DNA of 64,000 bases from Antedon mediterranea. Taxonomy: Eukaryota > Animalia > Echinodermata. The stretch spans positions 21,886,001 to 21,950,000 of the forward strand of contig NC_092674.1 in NCBI RefSeq assembly GCF_964355755.1. The letters run 5' to 3'. The notes beneath the pieces were generated by a model. The model was not told where the DNA came from and did no database searches. It saw only the letters and a program-made list of their open reading frames with translations. Of the stretch, positions 1 to 46,300 are shown in pieces (the stretch's first letter is position 1; the number at the start of each line of letters is the position of its first letter). Made by a program: the position numbers and the translations under genes.

Positions 1-241
1 GGCCTATTATATTAATTTTGATATAAATATTAATTGAAACTTCACATTTTTCGAATGTGAGTATTTAGTGGGAAAGAAACATGCCAGTACTTGAGTTATG
101 ACCAGGAAAGAGTGACTCTTTCCTAGTGATAACATTTTATTTGAGACTCAGGAACTTTGACAAAATGTGTTGGTAACCAATATTACAATGTATTTTTCAT
201 ATTTTATTAGGCCACATCCCTTTTTTAAAATAAAGAATTAC

Positions 242-1016
242 CTGTGAACGTGAAGTCGTAGCATGATTGATATTCATATTCTGACATTGAGGTATCAACA
301 GAATAAAAACTCGCTGAATCATCATCATCATCATCTTCTTCTTCTTCTGACTGAATATCTGGAGTTTTCTTAGGAGATGTTTCTCTACTAGAAAAGGATC
401 GCTCGATGTCATATACAGATTCGTTAGTGTAATCCCTTTGCATCACCCAGACACACTTGGCGCACATTTCACTGCATGCACGATGTCGGACCACTTTGGT
501 CGATCGGCTTCGACATCGGCCTTCAATCGGGTCAGTCTTCGGACAGTTTCGGTAGTACCAAAATGGTCTTGGATCACCGTCCAGATAACGAGTTATGGAG
601 TACGTCAGAGGGGATTCAATTTCCGGATCCTTCCACGAGTCTGCATTATGATCTGATAATTCTATAATAATAAATATATACAAACATGCAGTGTAGCAAT
701 AATGTGCTTTTCTTATAATATAACATTTTGTTTATTAATATTTATCTTGTAAGCCTAACCCTCCTTGTATACTAATTAATAATGTCTAAATAATAATGAC
801 ACTTAATTAATGTTATTTCCTAAGTACATATCATACATTTTATGAATTACATATTCCCATCCCGATCTATAATACACACAACACACAGCGGAAGAATAAA
901 ATTTTTTGTTCAATCAACTCTACCTCAACAGTGATCAATCAAGCGCCGTAAACTTGCAAAGCAATATAGCATATTTAACTAAAAACAATACAATGTTGCA
1001 TACCTGTTTTCATCAT
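242..1016 (-). CDS. 5' part of an uncharacterized protein-coding gene (coding exons 1004-1016 and 242-661), continuing past the left edge of the window
   Basis: Micro first exon ATG ATG AAA ACA G|GTATG (phase 1) joins in frame to a 420-nt exon (tattatag|AA...ACA G|GTAATT), giving MMKTELSDHNADSWKDPEIESPLTYSITRYLDGDPRPFWYYRNCPK...SEEEEDDDDDD...FTFTG. Composition is coding-like against AT-rich flanks. No family recognised. Confidence 0.65.
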
Positions 1017-1069
1017 TGTGAATTCAATGGAAGTTTTTCAGCTAATACAGTATAAATTCGTTAAAAACA

Positions 1070-1350
1070 ACAATTTCGCGAGTTATTAAGTTTGCCTGAT
1101 ATTATAATAATAATAGACTAAGTTTGTTTGTCAGGGCAACGAAAACGATGACAACGAGACAGCGCGTGCGTACAAGGCGCATTTCCGATGTGACGTGTGC
1201 ATTTCATCGCGTAAGATAACGCGCTTCCGTCTATCACATGATATTATAATAATGCACGAACTCGATCTGTAATAACCTGTAATTATACTGTAATAATACA
1301 GGGCCGTAGCCACCAGTACGGTTGGTAAGGTTTCAACCTGACCACTTTCC
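1070..1350 (-). promoter_or_regulatory. Putative CpG-rich promoter of the left-edge gene
   Basis: Local CpG enrichment directly upstream of the ATG at 1016, with TTTCGCG (E2F-like, 1074-1080), TGACGT (CRE half site, 1191) and TTCCG (ETS-like) words. Confidence 0.4.
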
Positions 1351-3894
1351 ACACAAAGCCTTTGACAACCCAGTGGCTTGAACAGAGATAGTTCCCTTTC
1401 ATTGCGTAAACCGCACCACTTTATTTCTTTGTGGCTACATCGCTGTAATACACCATATTTATTTATATTATTATTTATGTTTACTAGCTGCTAGCTAGAG
1501 ACAATGCAATATAATAATACACAGGATCAACAGTTAATGTTTTATTTTGTTTTATTTACAATGTTATCATTAATGTCTACAAGGCGATAGGATGGAATGT
1601 CAAACTGCCAGCATGGCCCACCGAAATCATAATTTCCATGCATGTATGTGTCGGCGGAATAGTTAAAAGTTAACGACAACAGGTCGTCACATGATACACC
1701 AGACGTCATTCATCTTAGAGATACAGTATTCACACTAGAACAATTTAACTGCGCAAAGCACAAAACGTAGTGTGCACCAACTCTATTACGACAGCAATAG
1801 TACCTTCTAATGAGATGAGTATGCTACAATATTAATCCAATGACGTAATTTGAACATGCTGATATTTTTTGTTATTAATAATCACGCTTCTTTGGCTGCC
1901 AATACTTGGTTTACTTATGTATTTGTTAAGTTCAAACTGCAGTAATGGTGTAGTAGAGGGCACTATAATATAACTAACCACTCCAACACTGAGTTTTACA
2001 CTCACTGCAACAATTATACAGATTTTTTTCTTTACTTTTTCAGTACGAACCATCATTAAATTTCTTATGGATTTATAGCAATTAAATTAAAAATAACCTC
2101 ACTGAGTTTAAAGTATCATAAACGTTGAACAAAGATATTATTGTTATTATATTGAAAATTCCAATTTGCAGATAATTTTAAATAATGCATACAAAAAATA
2201 GGACTTAACTTTTAACACCAATTTCTATTATAAATTATAATTTAGTTTATGATATTCCACAAAGGAGTTCTTTAATTTTTAATTTAATTTTTATAAATAT
2301 TTTTTTATTTTCTGAGAAATACATCTTGAATGTAGTTCCAACACTATCATAGTCTTATAAATTTTACTTTTTTTTTTATTAATAACTATTTTCCGATGAT
2401 TGTATCATCATCATAAATTATCTTCATGTAGGCCTCTAACAGACTATGGAACCATAAGCTACTGTATTAAACTTTTTTATTCACTTGGATTCCATCAATA
2501 AAAAATCAACATAATTTATATTTTAATCATAAAATATACCTCTATCATAACATAAGAAATAACAATAAAACATTTTTTTCCACAAATAAAAAAATAACAA
2601 ATAAATTTCTGCCCCTAATGCATTTGTTTAATACTTGATTCACACATATGGAAATGTAACAAAATGTAAAAAACACACAGATTGTTAGCGTTACCTTTTC
2701 AGTAATCGATCAAAAAGCCAACTGCATATCTTTCTGAGTATTTTGTTTACAGCTCAATTATATTACTCCGTGAAAAACTTAGTAAGAATATCACAGATGA
2801 TATCCATGCAATAATTTATTACATTTTGTTACATTTTTTTGTGAATCTGGTACAAATAAAAATATAATCATAGGAGCTTGTAGATTATTTATAAAAGTAA
2901 AACATTCTTATATAATATAAATATTGTTTTTCCTCCTTTCAAGTTTGATGATAGCTACGCGATTTCTGTGAAATACTACTTGCCAGCCAGTTACCAGCTT
3001 TTACTTTGATGAAAACAACATCATATTTGATTAAAAATAAACACATATTATTATTAATATATAAGTTAATCATCAAAAACCGAGGGTTTCTTCCTAAATT
3101 TGTACACAATATATATATATATAGATATATACCCACTACAAAAGAACACCGTTACCAATACTACACCTCCCTTTTAGGCAATGCTAATAATATTAAAATA
3201 CAAGAACTTAAAATCACATCATACTTTATAAATCTTAGAAGAGGAGCGAAGTAATTTCTTAAATAGCAACAAAAATTGACTGGATTTAGCATTGTTTATT
3301 AATAAACAAACAAGGCAAAAACATATCTCTCAATTTTACCATAGATTGTATACTAAACTGATTTAGTATGATGAACAAAAGATGAAGTATTCAAAATACA
3401 AGAAAACGGTTATTTTACTTACATTTTAAATATCAATTCTACATTTATTAGCCATTAATACATTTTTGTTTGCTAAGAAACAACAACATGCATGTTTCCA
3501 TAATATCATAGCAATGTTGATGTTTGTTATTCCGTTGCTATGCCATCATCCACTCCTTCTAAGCACCAATTTCTAAAGAAATCACTCTTTTCTAATATCA
3601 ATTTATTACAAATAATATTTACATACTCGCTTGTTTTTCTTTTTATATTCATAGATGTATATACATTATATTGAAACAATCCTAATGAAAGAGGAGTGAA
3701 GAGCAGTTAACACATATAAGCTATCATGGTAGGTATAGCCAGATATCCATGCTACTTTTACGTAACTTAGTTATATTATAACATATAAAACCATTAAAAC
3801 AACCCAAATTTTTATTCAACCTTTATACAGATCAGAACACCTTATATATCTTTTTATAGGAGTAATAATTTGAAGAGTTTTATTTTGATTTAGC

Positions 3895-4082
3895 AGAAGT
3901 GTACCCCACTTACGAAAGCAGGTTGCATTTAGAATTTCAAGCCCAGGTTAGCGTGGTTGCCACTTGGATGCAACTCAAACATGTAGGCACAAGCAACAGT
4001 GATCAATTGCGTCGTGATTTGTCAAATTACTTACAGCCTACTTACGTCGTTGCATTGCTTTCTAAGTGGGAACCAAGCTTTA
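3895..4082. mobile_element. Degenerate short MITE (AAGCTTGGTTCCCACT family)
   Basis: Right end AAGTGGGAACCAAGCTT matches the TIR of the copy at 45225-45341; left end decayed (CCCCACTTA); internal GCAAC/GTTGC symmetry. Confidence 0.5.
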
Positions 4083-5320
4083 GTATACAAATAATGAATG
4101 TTTATGAATTGAATTTGGGGATAATATTATGAAAACTAAATATTCTATTTCACATCTCTCATTAAATATATGATGTTTACTACAGATATTTAGTCATCAG
4201 CAAAGTTTTACCAAAAGCTGACTGTTGAATAACATTACCATTAACCATTGAAATGGAAGAAAATAACCCACGACACATGATACAAATACAACCAATCAAA
4301 TGGCAAAGATTTACTTAGGTGTGTTATTAAAGATATGGGTACTATTGTAATTGACAGATTCAAGAATAGATTACAATTATTAAATAAAAAAGTATATTTA
4401 ATATACAGTGTAAATTTAAGACAAAATTAATCAGCATCTAAAATTGCAAATACTAAATATTGGGTGGGTCTGTCCGTCTACTATCAAAGGTGGGTTGTCA
4501 AAATGTAAAATGAAGTCTGTGAAACACTCTTCAGTAACCAGCGGTTACTTGTATTATTACCAAATATGGGAAGATCTTAGTAGTTGCTCACACCCACACA
4601 AATTGTATAGATATTTTTTAGTTTATTTCTATTTCATAATTTTCCTTGTATTAAAAACAATTACCAACTCTTTTTACTGTACATTGGAATCTAATGTTTA
4701 CAATTTGGGTAACTTTACCTTATATGGAATGATACTAATTTTAAACTTAATCTAAGTATCATTGCCAAGTTTAAACATAACCTGTTAAAGTATTTATTAA
4801 TTTTTTAATTATCCTACAAATAAGGTAGGCCATATTTTGTTCGAAAATAATTATTTTAATCAGATTGTTGTGTTTTATAGATATAGTTCTGGTGAAGCAC
4901 ATGCTATTAACAACAAACCTTGACAATCTTAAAATAAATTGTAACACTATTTGCATATGTAACTACGACTTGTATACTTAACAAAGTATTGTTTCTGACT
5001 GAAATGACACTCTAACTCAATTCATTATCTACTTGTGAAGTAACAATAGCCAGTGCATTTCTTAATGGTAATGTTTTCCTTATATTTTCATCTGCGTATG
5101 TATATGTTTAGGTTTTCTAATTTGACTACACCATAATATTGTGCAATCCCACAAGTAAGATGTCAATAAATTAAATATTATAATACACAGTAACGACATC
5201 AACTCAGCATACATACTTTTTAAATGCAGGAATTTGATTTAATTTCATACTATAAATAACCTCAGTGTTTATTTATAATTTGATTATTAGATGTAACCAA
5301 TTAAAGGAACATAGTTAATA

Positions 5321-5482
5321 CAGTAGAACCATTCCCTTTGGGACCCTATTAGGGGACACTTTCCTGTCAGACAAATTTGTAACATACACTAACAATACAG
5401 CCAACCCCTATTCAGGAGGCACCGTTATTTAGGTGACACTTTGTTGGGTTCTGATGGTGTCCTCTTAATAAGGGTTCTACTC
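5321..5482. mobile_element. Tc1/pogo-type MITE with TA target duplication
   Basis: TA|CAGTAGAACC...GGTTCTACTC|TA. Related copies sharing GGGACACTTTCCTGT lie at 49552-49672, about 56845-56955 and about 61340-61480. Confidence 0.6.
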
Positions 5483-6354
5483 TACTACAAGTGCCTTGTG
5501 TTTCATAGTGCTAAACAAGAATTGAATAAACAGTCTTTTTCAAAGTTTTTCTGTGACAGAGGTTACATTATGTTAGATTCTTGCCACATTTACTATAGAA
5601 TACTATGGTACTATACTGGGTATTTATTTGGAACACAGTGCATTGCAGCTCCAAGATATAAGTATAGCAAGTAGTTCAATAGCCTTGCTGGCCAAATCAT
5701 AACACAAGTATACTTGCTAAGAAATAACAATACATGTTGGTGATTCTTTTAATATGTTTCCAAAAGTTTACTGCATACCACATGTCACAGACTTCTGCTT
5801 AAATATATCTTCCAAACAGTTCACCATTTAAAATATTTGTTTTCTCAGTTCAAGTTTTTGCTAATGGTTTTTTCCCCCAAAACACACATGACCTGTGTAG
5901 CAAGTCAGATATTAGTCTTCCCACAAGAAAGCTTTCAGTCAGACATTCTTCTTGCTACTGTAGTAGACAGAGTTACATGTTGTTCACACTGAATATTCTG
6001 ATGTTATGCTTAACATGGGCTGCTACCACTTAAAAACGCTGACGCTGCACTTCTTGATGTTGTTATTTAAATGACCTGTTCGCACTAAAAACTCTGATTT
6101 TGCTGAATCAAATACTCTAGATCTCAATGCATTTTGGAGTGTTCACATTACTTGTAGTCTACATGGATCTTGAAGAATTGAAGATACTCAAACTAAAATA
6201 TGTTATTTTACTAGTGGGGCATTCACACTACAAAGGTTTTCCGATTCTGGTAATATTGTTGGGTCTATGCACTATTTATGTTGACTGGTCTTATTATGGG
6301 ATGTTCACACTATACCTATTTTGAAGCTGGTTCATAACTGTCTCTTCTGATTGG

Positions 6355-39588
<33,234 letters not shown>

Positions 39589-40858
39589 GTTGGTAGTTAC
39601 CAGTGGGCGGTGAAGCCCTTCACCATAACCTCTTCAGCTGGTCTAATGATGTTTACTCCTTGTCAGGCCTAGAGTTTGTATTTAGCTTTACCAGCGGTTA
39701 TAATCTTGTCAGACTATTCCAAATAAACTGATTGTGAGATTTAAATCTGCAGGAATAACACATGATGTATTTAATTACTCAACAGGAATTTGTAATATAC
39801 TTTATAACATTTAAAAAAAATGTTAAATGTATACTGTTATAAACATACCTTTGTACTTAATAGCAATTGTGATCTTCCTTTAGCAAATTTGCTGTGGTTA
39901 ATCAATTAAAGGCTCAATTTAGTACATTACCTCAGTGTTCACTGTCTAGTAAAAACCACTTTGAGCTTGCTAACAGGGTCTTCCTTTGTGTGTGAAAAAT
40001 TAACACCATTTCCACCAGACGATAATTGATAGTTTTTTGTTATGTTTCAGAGCAAAATGGAATAACTACCTGTATGTAACTTCATTTAAAAAAGCTAAGC
40101 TACTGATTGCACAACAGAAAAATAATAATATCAACCAATTCCTACTTGAGTTTAGAAATATAATTATCCCAATTGTTCAGATATTTGTTTAGCTAGCATT
40201 GTAAATTAGATTCAGAGAAACAGCTAGGAAGGACAGTATGAACATTCTTCAATTCACTAACTATCTACAGTTGGAAATATACATTATAAAAAGAAACTAA
40301 TTTTATTGCAAAACAAATCTTTCAGATTCGGTTCATAAACATTAATTTATTTTAACTAGAAATTCAGAGTTTTGATTGGTATTTCTGTTCTTTTTATTAT
40401 TTACGCAAAGTGCCCATTTAGATTATAAACAGATATAATGCATTTATTTGTCCACATAGATTTTTAAATAATTTTTTTTTTGTTTAACTTTCTAGTTTGA
40501 TCAGGAATTGTTTAAAATAAGCTACCTGTATGACAATAGAACTTCAGTATTTCACACTTTCCTTAGTAGGAATTTAACATCGTGTAGCCGGTTTACAGCC
40601 GAAACGGCCGCCCATTAAAACAAAGTAGTACAGTATGTATGGAGCGCCACACATATCATGTGCTACAAACAAACTCAACATTGATAACATACTAACAGTA
40701 CACTCATCATTTAAAGGAAGAAGTGACGTTTTAAGAAATAATTGCCTTGCTTGTTTTTCGCCCGTCTCTGTATTGTCAACATAATTAGTGTGCTTTCACA
40801 TCGCGAGAGTAAACGAAAGGGGACATTAATTCTATACAAAATAATAAACTGCACATCA

Positions 40859-41547
40859 TGGGTATAATTATAACGCCGTGGTTAGGATTCCGGCACCGGA
40901 ACTCAACTGCCCAGCGTTAGGGAATCCGACACGCTATTGCGCATGCCCAGAGCGAGGTAATCGGCGACTCTATTAATAGTATAATACTCTATCATCTACA
41001 GACTAACAGCATCACAATACACTATCTTTGCTAACCGCGATGGATCAATTAATAGCTGCGCCACGGCGAACTAGCCTAGCCCATTCATATATAAACTTCA
41101 TGAAATTATGAATTATAATTACATGACTAGTTTTATGATTTTCAAGTACAAAATAAAAGATTTCATATAACGCATTATACAGTATACTGTAATAACATGT
41201 ACAAGTTGATTTGCTGACGGCAGCTGCTGCGCGGACATGATGTGAAAAAAGCAGAACTGTTCGGGAAGTCGGGGTTGCAACGCTACGCTATATTCACTTT
41301 TCGTACATTTCTTGAAATACGCAAGCGTTATACCACTGGGTAGGCCTGTGTTGTTCTCCCGTTCCGAACTTCATACTTCCTCTGTCTAATAAAATTACTC
41401 TCTCGGTGGTGTGGTGCGCGGTCTGTGGCACTAGTGCAAGCTATAATTACTTCGCTCTGGGCATGCGCAATAGCGTGTCGAATTCCCTAACGGTGGGCAG
41501 TTGAATTCCGGTGCCGGAATCCTAACCACGGCGTAATTATAAACCCA
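40859..41547. mobile_element. Fold-back-type MITE with about 100-bp TIRs
   Basis: ACGCCGTGGTTAGGATTCCGGCACCGGAA...ACGCTATTGCGCATGCCCAGAGCGA (40873-40955) is mirrored at 41452-41534 with few mismatches; no clear TSD. Confidence 0.85.
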
Positions 41548-41910
41548 GTAGGCCTAGCTAGGGATACGCCGTTCATTATCTGTGTTGTATTTATGTACTT
41601 TACTACTCTAGCCTAGCTAGGCTTTAGGCCAAGATGAACGATATAGAGATGTCAAAAGCAACTCCTACCAAGACAGACACTGTCTAGGCTAGGCTATCAT
41701 CTAAGACCACAAGTGCCGACGGCCGGAGGAAAGAGGAAAGAGAGAGGAGCAGCTCCATCATGAAGTTCCAACTATACAGTAACACCATCAAGTCAAGTAC
41801 AACAAACGATACAATCCAAACACGATACGGGCCTGGTTTTTGCGATAAACATAACACTCCTGTTTACTACCTATTTTCATTATATTTTTTATTGAAAATG
41901 GTATACATAC

Positions 41911-42030
41911 TTGGTAAAACGATGCCTGTTGTTAGACGAAGAAATATTCCATAGATGGTCAATATTATAGATAATTTTACCGTGTTAGCTTCCTGATTAC
42001 ATACAATCGAACGCCGCCATTTTTCTTTCA
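41911..42030 (-). promoter_or_regulatory. Probable TSS / non-coding first exon of the kinase gene
   Basis: YY1/initiator-proximal motif AAAATGGCGGCG (42012-42024) and donor CAA|GTATGT at 41911; the next exon 39562-39746 has acceptor TTCCTGCAG. Confidence 0.55.
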
Positions 42031-43299
42031 GGGGTGATCGACCCTGGCCTCAACAACAGAGGGTGTGGTACATAAAAATCGTGCGTAATCAACCGTATAA
42101 TGTAAACAATTGAATATGAATATTATAGGCCTATATTTTTATGTAGGGCGTAAAAACCTGCTAGCGATAGGCCTATTTGCTCATGGAAAGGCCGAGTTTG
42201 AAGAGAGAATACAGTAATAGAATTATCAATTACATTAAAAAATAAACATTATAACATAAGCCTAGATATTTTTTTATGTTCGTATATACTCATACATAGA
42301 AATTAATCTAAAATTAATTGTCACTTAATTAGTATAATAAATTTGGCCCTATACTATAGGCTGTTCTAAGAAGTAGGTAATTAATTAATAAATAATATTT
42401 TTTTATATAATTATTTATAAAAAACTTTGTTATCGGATTAATAACGGTCGTATAGCGCAGCACAGTACGAATGGAGATCATTATTATTTACGCCCGGGAT
42501 AGCATGATAGGGTATAATTCCCCAAGTAATATCATTATGCCTTTGATGTACCGCCGTCGGCTTTAATTTATAATAATTAATTGTTAATTAATTAATAATA
42601 TGCAATTAATATTTATATTCAATGTCTTTTGAGATAAGATCAATTTTTTGTCTGAAAAGGGAAGTAAAATTACCGTTGTTTTAGTCTTCCTGAATAGCAA
42701 TTGGTCAGCACCTTAAAATACATGGAACCTACAATTACGTATGGCTAGTCGGGCATTAACTATTATATTATAATTAAATAAATAAAATAGGTTGAGGACC
42801 GGCATAAATTACAATCTGCATATGTATGTAGTACTTTTTGTTTATTATCGATACAGAAATACGTCAGTACAGTTCGCCACAGACTCCGTTTTTTAAAATA
42901 TGTGTTATTTATATAATACATTTTAATTACATTTAATTTAATGCATTTATTATCTGTATTCACACTGAATGACATTATATTTGCTAAAGCATGATTTTCT
43001 CAACTAGCAAAATTGTTAAATACTGTAGGCCTAGAGGCCTTTTAAACATACAAGCCGACAAAAAATCCAGGCCTAATTGAACAAACTAAACTATAATTTA
43101 GAATTATCCTTTCAAAGAAAAGAATAATCAGTTTCTGGCTTCAAATTTCCTTGAGTTCCCTTTTGGAACGTAGGCCTATTACACAGAATAATATGAAACA
43201 ACATTAAATGATGAACATCCGTAAAAAACAACTAAACTCAAAACAACTAAAAAGTAAAATTGTTGAACTTGTTATAAATGGTTTGTTCCAACAACAAAC

Positions 43300-43335
43300 T
43301 TTGACCTTTTGTATTCGCGCGCAATTCGAGAAAAC
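43300..43335 (+). promoter_or_regulatory. E2F-like element at the POLA1 start
   Basis: TTCGCGCGCAA (43314-43324) 12 bp upstream of the first ATG; POLA1 is a classic E2F target. Confidence 0.5.
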
Positions 43336-46300
43336 ATGATCGGTGGCGACAAAATGGAAACAGCAACAGAAGAACCTTCTTCTCAAGTATCTGAAAGTCA
43401 AGGAGGTAAAATATAAGTTATCATACAGTATGAATAATTCAATAATAATGCATTATTAGTATCATGGCCTCGCCGCCTAAGCTATGCCTAACAGCAGAGA
43501 TTGTCACCGTCTCATGTAGGCTAGCTAGTTAGGAAGGAGGCTAGCTAGCGCAGGTACTGCTGCTGTTGGTAGGGGTGGCCTAGATATGTTAGGTGGGATA
43601 GGAAGCCTCACTTAATCTAGGCCTAAGTGAAGAGGCTTACCTGGCTTGACGGCCTAGTAGCCTATACCTGCTTCTACTAAAGGTAATTAATACTATATCT
43701 AGGCCTAGGCCTAACTAAACTTATTCTATGCCTCTAGCTAGTATTTAGCTAGAGGGTGTAGGCCTAGCCAAGGATGACTTTTTCCAAATGAGAAGTAACA
43801 TTAGCAGAATTACTCGAGGGCATCACCTGAGATTTTTCAAGCCTACTTTCCATAAAGGATTGAACTGTAGAAGACATACCTTCTCGCAACGAGTAATAAA
43901 CCATTGGAACAGTTTACCAGCCGACGTTGTCAATTCTGAGACCGCTAATACCTTCAAGAATCGCATCGACACAATGTAGTTGATATGGGGTTTAAAAAGG
44001 CACATCGCCTAAACTTTCCCATTATAACTAAACTAAACTAAACTAGTAAGTAGGTTAGGCCTAGTCCTAGACTAGGCCTAGGCTAGCTAGGCCTAGTTAG
44101 TTGCTTCACAATTTATTCTAGGGCCTAGGCTTTTTCAGATGTTGTTGGTGAAAATAATTTATAAAATCATGATTCAGTCACAACAATAAAATCAATCAAT
44201 CTTTATTAATTATGCTAGGAGATACATTTAATATTTTTCCTAGATTCTCTTGCAGCTCGACGGTCAAGAAGATCAAATCCTAAAGGAAAAAGTGGACGCC
44301 TTGCAGCATTAGAACAATTGAAGCGAATCAAGAAAGGAGAAAAAATAAAATATGAGGTTTATGTTTAAGATATTTTTAATAAATCAAATTGAAAATTTCA
44401 AAATAAAATTGATAAATCAAGAATTTGAATTGAAAACTAGGAATACTCTAATACCCTTTTCACATCTGCAAAATGTAACAACTTGTAACCAGGTTTGCAT
44501 AGTGTGAAATGTCGGGAGAAAAACACACCCAACAAAGTAAAGTCAGTCATACAATTGACAAGTGCATTAGACTAGTTCCAATTTGTGTATTTTATTGTAT
44601 ATCATGCCTACTACTTACCTGGTTTGTGTCATTTTTTTATCAGGTTGAAGAAATTCAGAATGTATATGATGTTGTCGATGAAAATGAATATTCTGATGTT
44701 GTAAGAAACCGCCAGGATGACGACTGGATTGTCGATGATAGTATGATAATAAATATTTTATTTCAATTTACTTGTGAGGTTTTACAGGCCCGTCATGAGT
44801 TAAATAATAAACCCTGTAAAAAGAATGGTGTAGTGGACATTAATATGATCAAACATGTCCAACACCAGATTTTCAGTGGTATTATATTTTTCCAAGAATC
44901 TGACTACATTTTACTTTTTGTCCTTTTTCCCTCAGCCCCTCCTGCAGCACACCCTCTCTCAACTTCCAACTGTGCTTTACTTAAATTATTCTTGAGCTTC
45001 AGCTAAGGCTATTTAACTAGCATATTCATCATCACAGTACCTTGCCTGTAGTGTTGACCACCATGCCTAAAAGTGCTACTACTTTTAAAAACTACACAAA
45101 TGATCCAGCTTGAAAATGTCACTCCTTTGCCTACACCAACTCCTTGTTAACTGTGGCTTCGTGGTTGATTTGCTTGATTACCTATCCCAGAGTCCTTGAG
45201 TCCTTTTCAATCCTATCCAGTATTTAAGCTTGGTTCCCACTTAAGCACAACGTCTGTGAGTTGATGATGATCAATCGTGTTATGATTGGTCAAATTACTT
45301 ACGGTTTGGGCTTGTGTTACGTCCAAGTGGAAACCAAGCTTTCCATCCTGTTATTAGCTAGTTGGATGGTGTGTAAATTAAAAAAAAGGAGAGCTGCCTA
45401 ATGTTTTCTCAAAGATCTATATTGTTAACATCTTTTGTTTAACGCACAGATGGAGCAGGTTATGTGGAAGATGGACGTGAAATATTTGATGATGACTTGC
45501 TTGGAGATGAAGATGATGTTACTGCAGGTATTAAGTTTTTGATAATTATATAATAATTTAGTTGAAACATAATGCCAAGCATTTAACAATAACAAAACAA
45601 TAAACTGAAGAAGGATTCTTTTATTTATTTAAGTGAAAGAAACGAAGAACAATATGTCTGTGCTAATTGTCACATAATTGCATAGTTAATATATAATATT
45701 CCAATTTGTATTAGGGCCATTCGATCCAACGATAATTGCTCTGTAGCCTTAGATTTTACCCTTTTCAACTACATGCTTCTCTCCTAAGGGTCATGTCATG
45801 TCAGTGCTACCAATTCTAGCACTCATTTGTCTTTTCATGATAGTGGCTGTGTGGGGTAACTCCCTACTCGTCGCAAAAGATGTACAAGATTTATTAAAAT
45901 GTACTTATGTACATTGGACCTGCAGTTTATAGTCCTTATCTGAGAAAACTTGTTGTATCACCAGAACTAGGGATCGAGTGAGCCTCGAACCCTTTTCATA
46001 AGGCCATGGATTACGGTTCCACTGTCTTAACCACTCAGCAACACACTCTCAATTTTGTTCTACATCAATATAATACATTTTTAAGTTTAAGGTATATTAT
46101 AAAAAAAAAAACTTAATGAATTTTCACATCATTTTTTAGAGAATAAAAATAAGAAAAAGAAGTTTACCTCCAAACCAGTAAGTATTTTTTTTATATTGTG
46201 ACAATATATTTGGCCAATGGCTTTATCATTTTTTACAACATGATTATATAGCAGTATATTTTCCATTTGATTTTAAAGAAGGAAAAGTGTGGCATATGCG

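Noticed and set aside
1832-6324. Many 60-100 aa ORFs downstream of the kinase stop
   Set aside because: AT-rich probable 3' UTR and intergenic sequence; peptides are I/L/Y/F-biased with no consistent splice structure.
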